Part shown: positions 38,022-45,913 of the stretch, piece after piece | Layout of the letters: each line of letters begins with the position of its first letter | How positions within the stretch are numbered: the stretch's first letter is position 1 | Assembly (NCBI GenBank): GCA_040386535.1 | Contig: JAZKFH010000013.1 | Location: forward strand, 192,001-256,000 | Length of the DNA: 64,000 nt | Reading direction: 5' to 3' | Origin: Myxococcota bacterium | GTDB lineage: Bacteria > Myxococcota_A > UBA796 > SXON01 | Notes under the pieces: model-generated | The model's database searches: none | The model's input: only the letters and a program-made list of their open reading frames with translations | What the model was told of the DNA's origin: nothing | Made by a program: the position numbers and the translations under genes

Positions 38022-38836
38022 GCGCTGCGCGCCACCGAGCAGGCGATTCCGAACGCGCCGATCTGCCAACGATCGCGCGCCACCCGTCGGCGCCAGCGCA
38101 CCTCGAGCTCCAACATCGCGGCCACCGTGCCGCCCTCGATCCGCACCTGGAGCCGCTGCCCAGGGCCGGGGGACGTGGGCAGGGCGAGGCACGCGCCGTC
38201 GGCGCCGATGTTGAGCAGCTCGCCGCCGACCTCGACGGGTGCGAGCAGCCAGACCGGCCATCCGAGCGGCTCCCGCTCGCTGCCGCGCCGCTGCCCGAAC
38301 ATGTCGGAGGTGGCCTCGGCTTCGGCCGCGCGCAGGAGCTGATCGCGCAGGAACGCGCAGTCGAGGTACCGGCTGCGGCCGCCGTCCCCGAGCGTCTCCA
38401 CCAGGTCCTCGCGCGCGGCGAGGTAACGCCCGGCGGCCATCAGCCAGCGATCCACCCGCGCCGCGGGAGGTAGGGACTCCCCGCCCAGTGCGCCGGCGGC
38501 GGGCTGCCAGGCCTCGGTGCGCAGCTTGCGCATCAACGTCGCGGCCGCGGTGCCGATCTCCAGCAGATCGTCGGCGCCCTCGCGGATCCAGCGGAGGCGC
38601 TCCGTGATGTCCACCGAGCCGAGGGACAGGCCGAAGATCGGTAGGCGTCCCCCCCCGTCCCGGAAGCGGCGGAGGGCGGGGAACAGGTCGGCGTGGGCGT
38701 GCACGAGCACCCCGTCCGTGCTGGGGTCGACGAGGTCGCCACCCTCGAAGAGCTCGACCACGCCGAGCAGATCGGTCTGTAGCGGCTCGGGCACCGGGCC
38801 GCCGAGGACGACGAAGCGTGGAGTCGTGGCTTGCAC
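38018..38836 (-). CDS. PilZ-domain protein with receiver-like N-terminus
   Basis: REGADDLL receiver-like end; QRRGSER and NIGADG PilZ motifs; EVRW...IG. Confidence 0.75.
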   Translation of the reverse strand: MQATTPRFVVLGGPVPEPLQTDLLGVVELFEGGDLVDPSTDGVLVHAHADLFPALRRFRDGGGRLPIFGLSLGSVDITERLRWIREGADDLLEIGTAAATLMRKLRTEAWQPAAGALGGESLPPAARVDRWLMAAGRYLAAREDLVETLGDGGRSRYLDCAFLRDQLLRAAEAEATSDMFGQRRGSEREPLGWPVWLLAPVEVGGELLNIGADGACLALPTSPGPGQRLQVRIEGGTVAAMLELEVRWRRRVARDRWQIGAFGIACSVARSA

Positions 38837-38843
38837 GTCCCCC

Positions 38844-38885
38844 AGTATACCGGCCCGCGGTCCGGTCCTGCTGGCGGGGTACACT
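38844..38885. promoter_or_regulatory. Divergent -10 elements: TATACT (-) 7 nt before GTG 38836, TACACT (+) 6 nt before GTG 38892
   Basis: Both hexamers in a 55-bp gap; no clear SD. Confidence 0.55.
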
Positions 38886-38891
38886 CCGCGC

Positions 38892-41060
38892 GTGCGCATC
38901 GCTCTGTTGACCCGTGGCGACCTGTTCCCGACCTGGCACGGCGCGGCCGTGAAGATCGTCCGGACAGCCGAGGCGCTCGCGGCCGCAGGTGACACGGTCT
39001 TCGTCGTGACCGACGACCGCGACGCCTACTGGGCCGTCGAAAGTGAGGGCTGGCGGCGCGTGCCGTTCGGTCCGACCTTCCGCGCGTTCGAGGAGGCGCC
39101 GCTGCTGCGCAATGGCGCGCGTGCCGAACGGTGGTGCGCGCGCGTCGGCTACCCCGCGGAGGAGCACTTCCTCTACCGCCCGATGTTCGACCCGGCGTGG
39201 TGGGCGCGGGCCCTCTACGTGGGCGTCCGCGAGCGCATCGACGTCTACCAGGCGGAGTTCCCCGGGTACGCCGCCCCCGCCTGGATCGCGGCGCGCACGC
39301 TCGGAGGGCGCGCCGTGGCGGTCATGCACAACGTGGAGTTCGACCGGCTGCGGCAGATGGCCGGGCTGCGGGTCGGGGCGCTCCGTCGCATCCGCGCGCT
39401 CGAGGTCGCCCTCCTCCGCGCGATGGACGGCGTCATCGCCGTCTCCGAGGACGATCGGGCGCGCATCGACGCCGCCGGGGTGCCCAAGGACCGGGTCACG
39501 GTGGTGCCGCACGGCGTCGACGTCGACGCCTACGGCGGCCGTCCCGTCGATCTTCGCGTCCGCTACGGCCTCGGCGGCGGGCCCGTCGTCTTCTTCCACG
39601 GCACCCTGCACTACGGCCCCAACGCGGACGCGGTCCGGTTCCTCGCGGAGGAGCTGGCCCCGCGCCTCCCCGCCGGCGCGGTCATCCTGATGGCCGGTAT
39701 GTCGCCGCCCCGTGCGCTCGAGTCCGACCGGGTGCGCTTCACCGGGCCCATCGACGATCTGCCCGCCCACATCGAGGCCGCCGACCTCTGCGTGTGCCCC
39801 ATCTTCGCGGGCGGTGGCACCCGCATGAAGCTGCTGGAGTACTTCGCGGCGGCGAAGGCCGTCGTGTCCACGGCGGTGGGCGCGGAGGGGCTCGGGGTCG
39901 TGGACGGCGAGCACCTCGTCCTCGCCGAGCGCGGCGACTTCGCGGACGCGGTGATCGCGCTGCTCGGTGATCCGGAGCGCCGCCGTCGCCTCGGCCGTGC
40001 GGCGCGGGCCTACGCCCGGGCACGGGATTGGAGCGCGGTCACGACGACGTACCGGGGGGTCCATCGCGGCGAACGCACCGACTTCGCGCCGCGCCCCTCC
40101 GTCGAGGCGCACCTCCCGCCGCGCGAGCCCAGCAAGCCGCTGACGATGTTGCTCCTGGTCAACCGCGGCTGCAACCTGCGTTGTTCCTTCTGCGACCTCT
40201 GGGAGGGCAAGGAGAACATCCCGGTCGACAAGGCCATCCGGCTGCTCGACGAGGCGCGCGCCATCGGCACGCGGACCGTCGTGCTCACCGGCGGCGAGCC
40301 GCTCCTGCACCCCGGCCTCTTCGAGATCGCGCGCGCCGCGAAGGCCCGCGGGATGGGCGTGAACGTCACGACCAACGGCACGCTGGTGGAGCGGCATCAC
40401 GACGCGCTCGTGGCCGCCGGCGTCGACAGCCTCTCACTCTCGATCGACGGGCTCGCGGCGACCCACGACACCCTGCGCGGCCAGGTCGGCGCGCACGCCC
40501 GCACGTGGCGCGCGCTGCTCCGGGTGCGTCACGAGGCGAAGATGGGCGTGAGCGTCTACTTCACCGTCACCCGCACCAACGTGCGCGAGCTCGTGCCGGT
40601 GTGGGAGGAGGTCCGGCGTGTCGGCGCGGGGTTCGACTTCTGGCCCGTCAACGACGCCCCCGATCTGTACCTGACCTCGGACGAGGACCGCGCCGCCTGG
40701 AACGACGCGGTGCTGCACATCGGGCGCCACGACGCCGACGTCGCCGCGCGCGCCCACTACTACGGCGAGGCCCTGCGCTACCACGCGGGCGAACAGGTCC
40801 CGATGCGGTGCCTCGGGCTCGTGGATCAATTCGGTGTCACCTACACCGGCGCCCTGCTCCCGTGCTGTGTGTGGGGAGGGGACGGCCTCCAGGTGGGGAA
40901 CGTCTTCGAGCGCCCGCTGACGGAGCTGTGGTATTCGCCGGAGGTGCAGGCGCACCGCGAGGGGCTCTACGGCAAGGGCTGTACGGCGGGGTGCTACAAC
41001 CACAGCTTGTACGAATTCGTGGTGTCGACCGGACAGACGCATCGGGTGGAACGTAGATGA
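38892..41060 (+). CDS. GT4 glycosyltransferase fused to radical SAM/SPASM domain
   Basis: HNVE, VVPHGVD, GGGTRMKLLEYFAA..AVVST..G.EG; then CNLRCSFC, GGEP, TTNG, SIDG, LPCC, CTAGCYNH. Confidence 0.88.
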   Translation: MRIALLTRGDLFPTWHGAAVKIVRTAEALAAAGDTVFVVTDDRDAYWAVESEGWRRVPFGPTFRAFEEAPLLRNGARAERWCARVGYPAEEHFLYRPMFDPAWWARALYVGVRERIDVYQAEFPGYAAPAWIAARTLGGRAVAVMHNVEFDRLRQMAGLRVGALRRIRALEVALLRAMDGVIAVSEDDRARIDAAGVPKDRVTVVPHGVDVDAYGGRPVDLRVRYGLGGGPVVFFHGTLHYGPNADAVRFLAEELAPRLPAGAVILMAGMSPPRALESDRVRFTGPIDDLPAHIEAADLCVCPIFAGGGTRMKLLEYFAAAKAVVSTAVGAEGLGVVDGEHLVLAERGDFADAVIALLGDPERRRRLGRAARAYARARDWSAVTTTYRGVHRGERTDFAPRPSVEAHLPPREPSKPLTMLLLVNRGCNLRCSFCDLWEGKENIPVDKAIRLLDEARAIGTRTVVLTGGEPLLHPGLFEIARAAKARGMGVNVTTNGTLVERHHDALVAAGVDSLSLSIDGLAATHDTLRGQVGAHARTWRALLRVRHEAKMGVSVYFTVTRTNVRELVPVWEEVRRVGAGFDFWPVNDAPDLYLTSDEDRAAWNDAVLHIGRHDADVAARAHYYGEALRYHAGEQVPMRCLGLVDQFGVTYTGALLPCCVWGGDGLQVGNVFERPLTELWYSPEVQAHREGLYGKGCTAGCYNHSLYEFVVSTGQTHRVERR

Positions 41061-41866
41061 ATTGGATCGAGGCGGATTTCAAGGGCACGAAGGTCTGGGC
41101 CGAGGTCGACGAGGCGGGCAAGCCCGTGGCGGAGGATGGCCGTCGCGGCATCCGCTACAGCGACGCGCCGGGCTCCAAGGTTTACCGGGCGGCGGCGAGC
41201 GCCGTGAAGGATCTCGGCAGCGCGCCCCGCGTGATGGACGCGGGTACGCCGGCGGCCCCGCGGGAGCCGAGCGCGGCGGCGGGGAGCCCCTCGGCGCCGA
41301 CCGCGCCGCGATCGTCCGCGGCTCCGGCGGGCCCGGCCCGCTCGAACGGGCGCGGAAGCGGCTTCGGCAAGGCGGGAACCCGCACGGCGGCGCAGTCCGC
41401 GGCGGCGGCGACCGACGCCAAGGCGCGCATCGGCGCGTTGCCGAGCGGGACCATCCTCGCGTTCACGGACGGCGCGTGCACGGGCAATCCCGGGCCCGCC
41501 GGAAGCGGCGCGGTGGTCAAGCTCCCCGATGGCCGGGTGTTCGAGCGGTACAAGGCGCTCGGCGCCGGCACCAACAACATCGGCGAGCTGTTCGCCATCC
41601 AGCTCGCGTTGGATTTGTTGAAGGAGAACGGGGTGGATCCGTCCGCGCCCGTCTCGCTGTTCACCGACTCCCAGTACTCCCTTGGCGTGCTGACGAAGGG
41701 CTGGAAGGCCAAGGCCAACGTCGAGCTCATCGCGTCGATCAAGGCCTCGCTCAAGGCCTGGAAGAAGCTGAAGATCGAGTGGGTGGCGGGGCACGTGGGC
41801 GTCGCCGAGAACGAGCGCGCGGACGCGTTGGCGCGCAAGGGTGTCGAGGAGAGCAAGCGACGGTAG
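41057..41866 (+). CDS. rnhA: Ribonuclease HI with N-terminal extra domain and Pro/Ala linker
   Basis: TDGAC.GNPGP.G, TNNIGEL.AI, TDSQY, WV.GH.G...NERAD.LA. Confidence 0.92.
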   Translation: MNWIEADFKGTKVWAEVDEAGKPVAEDGRRGIRYSDAPGSKVYRAAASAVKDLGSAPRVMDAGTPAAPREPSAAAGSPSAPTAPRSSAAPAGPARSNGRGSGFGKAGTRTAAQSAAAATDAKARIGALPSGTILAFTDGACTGNPGPAGSGAVVKLPDGRVFERYKALGAGTNNIGELFAIQLALDLLKENGVDPSAPVSLFTDSQYSLGVLTKGWKAKANVELIASIKASLKAWKKLKIEWVAGHVGVAENERADALARKGVEESKRR

Positions 41867-41904
41867 GGGAGGCGAGCCTTCCTTCGCCGCTCCGAGTCAG
41901 GCTC

Positions 41905-42294
41905 TCAGTCGTCCAGCGCGCCCGCGTCGATCCACGCCTCGAGCAGCGCGAGCCGCTCGGCGTCGAGGCCGTCGGCGACCCCGTCCGGCATCGGCTCTCC
42001 GACGATCCCAGCCTGCGCGGCGCACTTGTGCACGAGGTAGCTGCTCGCGGCGTCGCCCGCGACGACGAGGATCTGGCCCGGCGCGGCCGAGCTCTCCACG
42101 CCCACGAGATCGGCGTGCGCGGCTCCGTCGGTGAGGTCGAGGTCACCGGAGCCCATGCTGCCGCCGTGGCAGCTGGAGAACGCGCACGAGGCCGTGAAAA
42201 TCTCGGACTGCACGCGGGTGAGGGTCGGGGGGGCTTCGGTGCCGGTGTCGGCCTTGTCGGCGCCGGTGCAGGCGAGGAGGAGGAGGAGCATCAT
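41905..42294 (-). CDS. Small lipoprotein, putative c-type cytochrome with CxxxxCH motif
   Basis: MMLLLLLAC; CAFSSCH; V..GD...SYL..K...MP...WI..GA. Confidence 0.7.
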   Translation of the reverse strand: MMLLLLLACTGADKADTGTEAPPTLTRVQSEIFTASCAFSSCHGGSMGSGDLDLTDGAAHADLVGVESSAAPGQILVVAGDAASSYLVHKCAAQAGIVGEPMPDGVADGLDAERLALLEAWIDAGALDD

Positions 42295-43227
42295 TCAGTC
42301 CGAGCAGACGACGGGGTTGAGCGAGGGGTAGAGCATGCCGTAGGTCGCGCACATCTCGTTGGGGAACTCGATGGCCTCGTCGGTGGCGTTGTACCAGTCA
42401 CAGGTCGTACGCAGGGTCGTGTCCGCGGCGAACGGTTGTTCGCCCGCCTCGAAGTGGGTGAGGGGCGGCGAATCCCGGTAGCTCGGGTCCCACTCTTCGA
42501 CCTCGTAGAGGGTCGCCATGGTAGTGCCGTCTCCGAGCTCAAAGCGGAAGCGGTCCCCGTTCTCGTGCATGTGACCCGTCAGATAGAGCAGGTTGTAGTC
42601 GGTCGGGAAGCTGCAATCGAACGTGAGCGTCGAGGCCTGCTGCGGCGGGAGCGAGAGGTCGACCTGGGTGAGGGCGAACGCCGCGGCCCAGGTCTCGACC
42701 TCGGCCACGTCGACGTACCCCATGTTCAGCACGTCCCGGACACGCACATCGTCCGGCGTGCTGTTGAGCCAATGCGCCTGGACGACCCAGCGCTGACCCT
42801 GGTCCAGCTTGACCGCCATCCCGGTCGGGAGGTCGATGAAGGAGCTGCCGGCGCCGGTCGGCTCCGCGTTGATGAGCGGCTCGAAGCTGGTCATCATGTC
42901 GTTCGTCTTCGTGCAGTCGACCACGGTGCCGTCGGGGTAGTCGAGGTCCGACGCCGTCGTCCCGAGCAGGATGAGGTGGTGGCCGATGTCCGACTGGAAC
43001 GACTCGTACGTCGAGATGCCGACGTCCGGGCCGTCGTAGGTGCCGAAGAGGCAGTATTGGAGCTCTTCCCCCGGCGCGAGCACGGCCTCGGGCCCGTACC
43101 ACTGCTCCCCGCCGGCCGGCGGGGGAGTCACGTCCTCGAACGAGAGGCGCTGGTCTACGGCGTCGGCGCCAGCGGTTTCGTCGGGGGAGGGCGCGCCGGA
43201 GCAGGCGAGCAGGAGCAGCGTGATCAT
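42295..43227 (-). CDS. Copper type II (PHM/DBH-like) monooxygenase lipoprotein
   Basis: MITLLLLAC; GHH, QAH (CuH) and GHMH...EMC (CuM) ligand patterns. Confidence 0.82.
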   Translation of the reverse strand: MITLLLLACSGAPSPDETAGADAVDQRLSFEDVTPPPAGGEQWYGPEAVLAPGEELQYCLFGTYDGPDVGISTYESFQSDIGHHLILLGTTASDLDYPDGTVVDCTKTNDMMTSFEPLINAEPTGAGSSFIDLPTGMAVKLDQGQRWVVQAHWLNSTPDDVRVRDVLNMGYVDVAEVETWAAAFALTQVDLSLPPQQASTLTFDCSFPTDYNLLYLTGHMHENGDRFRFELGDGTTMATLYEVEEWDPSYRDSPPLTHFEAGEQPFAADTTLRTTCDWYNATDEAIEFPNEMCATYGMLYPSLNPVVCSD

Positions 43228-43700
43228 GGGCGCAACATCCCGAAGTAGATTTCGTTGGCGGTCTCGGCTTCGGCCGCGATCTGGAACTTGTTCTCGTTCG
43301 GCAAGGTGATCGGATCGCCCTCGTCGCACCCGTTGGCGTCCGAGTCGAGGCAGCCGAGGATCCAGACGATTTGGGGATCGAGGGGCGTGGTCGTGTAGAG
43401 CATGCCCGTCGGCCCGCCGTCCGGGGTCAGATCGAGCGGCACCTCGAGATCGAACAAGGGCAGCGCGCCTTCGACGGGGCCGGTTGCCGTGGCGTCGTCC
43501 TCCCGGAAGCACGACCCGTAGAAGGGGCCGACCGGGGCCTCGCCGCCCTTCGCCATCGTCGCGATGTAGTCGTCATCGATCCGAAAGGAGAGCGCGAGGG
43601 TTCCCGGGCCCGTGGCGATCGCGGGCGCGGTGTCGCCGGCTGTGTCGTTCCCGGAGGGACCGGTACACGCCAAGAGGGAGGCAAGGAGGAGCATGAGCAT
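43224..43700 (-). CDS. Small lipoprotein with beta-sandwich and DxDxNG loop
   Basis: MLMLLLASLLAC; CLDSDANGCDEGDP; ATGA-coupled to monooxygenase. Confidence 0.75.
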   Translation of the reverse strand: MLMLLLASLLACTGPSGNDTAGDTAPAIATGPGTLALSFRIDDDYIATMAKGGEAPVGPFYGSCFREDDATATGPVEGALPLFDLEVPLDLTPDGGPTGMLYTTTPLDPQIVWILGCLDSDANGCDEGDPITLPNENKFQIAAEAETANEIYFGMLRP

Positions 43701-43708
43701 GATCGCGG

Positions 43709-43738
43709 AGGATGCGCGCCCCGCGCCCAGGCTGTCAA
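43709..43738 (-). promoter_or_regulatory. Putative sigma70 promoter TTGACA-N18-CATCCT, 8 nt before ATG 43700
   Basis: Perfect -35 hexamer; no SD. Confidence 0.5.
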
Positions 43739-43754
43739 TCCTTCACCGGTGCCG

Positions 43755-44423
43755 TCACCGATCCCGCAGCGGATCCGGCCCCGGGCCCCCGAACAGCGCC
43801 TGCTGGCGCAGCGCGTCGATGGTGCCCCACCGGGTGCGGACGAAGACGGGGAGGCGATCCGGCGTGGCGAGGCGCCGGGAGAGGAAGGCGCGCGTCACAG
43901 GGTCGGAGGGGTAGCCGCTGCCGATGGGCCCATGCCCTTCCTCGACGGTGACGAGGCTGATGGCGGTGATGGCGGCGTCCCGCGCCACCTTCGCGAAGAT
44001 GCTCGCCGCGCCGACCACGGGCCAGGTGGAGTCGGCCTTGCACTCCACGACCCAGTCCTCGACGCCGCTCAACGCCACGAGCCGCGCGCGTAGCTTCGGG
44101 ATCCCGGCGGGGTGCACCGGGGCGTCCAGGTACACGCGGTCGGGCTTCTCGACGCGCACCAGGTCGAGGAAGGCGTCCTCTTCGAGGCGGTTCACGTTCC
44201 CGTCGTCGATGGCCGGGGCCTCGATCGCCCGGATGACGCCCCGCCCCATCACGGCAAGGCGCGCGCGGATCTCCACGCGACGCGCGTGGCTGAGCACCTT
44301 GGAGTCGTCCGCGCCCGCGTCGCGCAGCGCCGACTGCTCCTCCGAGTCCCACACGTAGCCGCCCACCACCAACGGCCCGAGTACCGAGCCGCGGCCTGCC
44401 TCGTCGAGCCCCAGGATGCGCAT
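43755..44423 (-). CDS. rnhB: Ribonuclease HII (archaeal/eukaryotic-type motifs)
   Basis: GLDEAGRG, DSK, KAD...V.AASI.AKV.RD, GSGYPSDP. Confidence 0.93.
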   Translation of the reverse strand: MRILGLDEAGRGSVLGPLVVGGYVWDSEEQSALRDAGADDSKVLSHARRVEIRARLAVMGRGVIRAIEAPAIDDGNVNRLEEDAFLDLVRVEKPDRVYLDAPVHPAGIPKLRARLVALSGVEDWVVECKADSTWPVVGAASIFAKVARDAAITAISLVTVEEGHGPIGSGYPSDPVTRAFLSRRLATPDRLPVFVRTRWGTIDALRQQALFGGPGPDPLRDR

Positions 44424-44429
44424 GCCGTC

Positions 44430-44438
44430 AGGCTACCA
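44430..44438 (-). promoter_or_regulatory. Extended -10 TGG-TAGCCT 6 nt upstream of rnhB ATG
   Basis: TGnTAnnnT-gacggc-ATG. Confidence 0.55.
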
Positions 44439-44480
44439 CGTGCCTTGGCCCGTCGCCGCCGACGGAGCCCCGGAAGCCGG

Positions 44481-44526
44481 TTGACTCCGTACTCGCGCGG
44501 GGATACGCGGGCCGGCCCGGGAGGTC
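44481..44526 (+). promoter_or_regulatory. Putative nuo operon promoter (TTGACT-N17-TACGCG) and SD GGAGGT
   Basis: -35 near consensus, weak -10, strong SD before GTG 44531. Confidence 0.45.
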
Positions 44527-44530
44527 TGAG

Positions 44531-44899
44531 GTGGATCCCTACGTCCCCGTGATGGTTTCACTCATCATCGCGATCGTGTTCAGCCTCGCCTTCGTGGCGA
44601 TGAGCAAGTTCTTCGGCCCCCAGCGGCCGAACGCAACCAAGGAGTCGCTCTACGAGTGCGGCATGCCCTCGATTGCGCCCGCTCACCAGCGGTTCAGCAT
44701 CAAGTTCTACCTGGTCGCGGTGCTGTTCATCCTGTTCGATCTCGAGGCCGTGTTCCTCTTCCCCTGGGCGGTGGTCTTCAAGGACTTCGTCAAGGCGGGC
44801 GGCGGGGTCTTCCTCCTGGTCGAGATGTTCACGTTCCTCGGCGTCCTGTTCCTGGGATGGGTGTACTGCCTCAAGCGTGGAGCGCTCGAATGGGACTAG
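44531..44899 (+). CDS. nuoA: NADH-quinone oxidoreductase subunit A
   Basis: YECG, FILFDLE, GALEWD. Confidence 0.96.
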   Translation: MDPYVPVMVSLIIAIVFSLAFVAMSKFFGPQRPNATKESLYECGMPSIAPAHQRFSIKFYLVAVLFILFDLEAVFLFPWAVVFKDFVKAGGGVFLLVEMFTFLGVLFLGWVYCLKRGALEWD

Positions 44900-45369
44900 A
44901 ATCCAACGTCACCCAGCCGTTCCTCGCGACCCGGCTGGACGAGGTCATCAACTGGGGGCGCAAGTTCTCCATGTGGCCCATGCCGTTCGGTACGGCGTGC
45001 TGCGCGATCGAATTCATGGGCGTCGTGTCGGGCCGCTTCGACATCTCGCGCTTCGGCGCGGAATTGGTGCGGTTCTCGCCCCGCCAGGCCGATCTGCTCC
45101 TGGTGATGGGCACCATCACGCAGAAGCAGGCCCCGGTCCTCAAGCAGATCTACGACCAGATGCCCGATCCGAAGTGGGTCATCTCGATGGGGGCATGCGC
45201 CAGCTCGGGCGGCTTCTACGACAACTACTCCGTGGTCCAGGGGATCGACGAGATCATCCCGGTCGACGTGTACGTGGCCGGCTGCCCCCCGCGGCCCGAG
45301 AACGTGCTCGGCGCCGTCGTGAAGATCATGGAGAAGATCTCCGCCGAAAAAGCCGCCGACTGGCGCTGA
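44890..45369 (+). CDS. nuoB: NADH-quinone oxidoreductase subunit B
   Basis: [28 protein letters not shown]. Confidence 0.97.
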   Translation: MGLESNVTQPFLATRLDEVINWGRKFSMWPMPFGTACCAIEFMGVVSGRFDISRFGAELVRFSPRQADLLLVMGTITQKQAPVLKQIYDQMPDPKWVISMGACASSGGFYDNYSVVQGIDEIIPVDVYVAGCPPRPENVLGAVVKIMEKISAEKAADWR

Positions 45370-45382
45370 AGGGGAGGGAACA

Positions 45383-45913
45383 GTGAACGAGTCCGACATT
45401 CTCGCCCAGATCAAGGAGCGCTTCGGCGCGCGCGTTCTGGCGGAGTACAACTTCCGCGGCCAATACGCCGTGACCGTGGCCCCCGAGACGCTCCGCGAGC
45501 TCCTGGTCTACCTTCGCGACGACAAGGCCACCGACTTCGAGTGGCTGATGGACATCGGCGGGGTTGACTACCTCGGCTATGGCGACGAGGACGAGCGCGA
45601 ATGGCGCTTCGAGGTCGCCTACCAGCTCTACAGCATGCGGCTGAACCACCGCTTCCGCGTGAAGGTGGCCGTGCGCGACGAGACGGTCGAGGTGCCCTCC
45701 GTGTGGGACCTCTGGGCGATCGCCAACTGGGAGGAGCGCGAGGTGTGGGACATGTTCGGGATCCGGTTCACCGGGCACCCGAACCTGCGCCGCATCCTCT
45801 GCCACGACGAGTTCGTCGGGCACGCGCTCCGCAAGGACTACCCCATCAACAAGCGGCAGAAGCTGTCGCAGCCTTCCGAGCTGGTCCTCTGCGAGAAGGT
45901 GGAGTGGGCATGA
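45383..45913 (+). CDS. nuoC: NADH-quinone oxidoreductase subunit C
   Basis: EREVWDMFGIRF.GHPNLRRIL, LRKDYP. Confidence 0.96.
   Translation: MNESDILAQIKERFGARVLAEYNFRGQYAVTVAPETLRELLVYLRDDKATDFEWLMDIGGVDYLGYGDEDEREWRFEVAYQLYSMRLNHRFRVKVAVRDETVEVPSVWDLWAIANWEEREVWDMFGIRFTGHPNLRRILCHDEFVGHALRKDYPINKRQKLSQPSELVLCEKVEWA

Noticed and set aside
37017..40400. 1127-aa minus-strand ORF
   Set aside because: Only the last ~334 codons look real; the rest overlaps the PilZ and GT4-rSAM genes
1..41060. RiPP cluster around the rSAM/SPASM genes
   Set aside because: No short precursor ORF, RRE/PqqD domain or peptide exporter next to any of them; the context is glycosyltransferases
41867..41904. Intrinsic terminator between convergent rnhA and cytochrome genes
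   Set aside because: Only an imperfect hairpin without a U tract
42292..42297. In-frame TGA between monooxygenase and cytochrome as selenocysteine/readthrough
   Set aside because: The downstream ORF has its own signal peptide and lipobox, and I see no SECIS-like hairpin
41057..44423. Retroelement or defence system implied by two RNase H genes
   Set aside because: No reverse transcriptase, integrase or terminal repeats; both look like housekeeping enzymes
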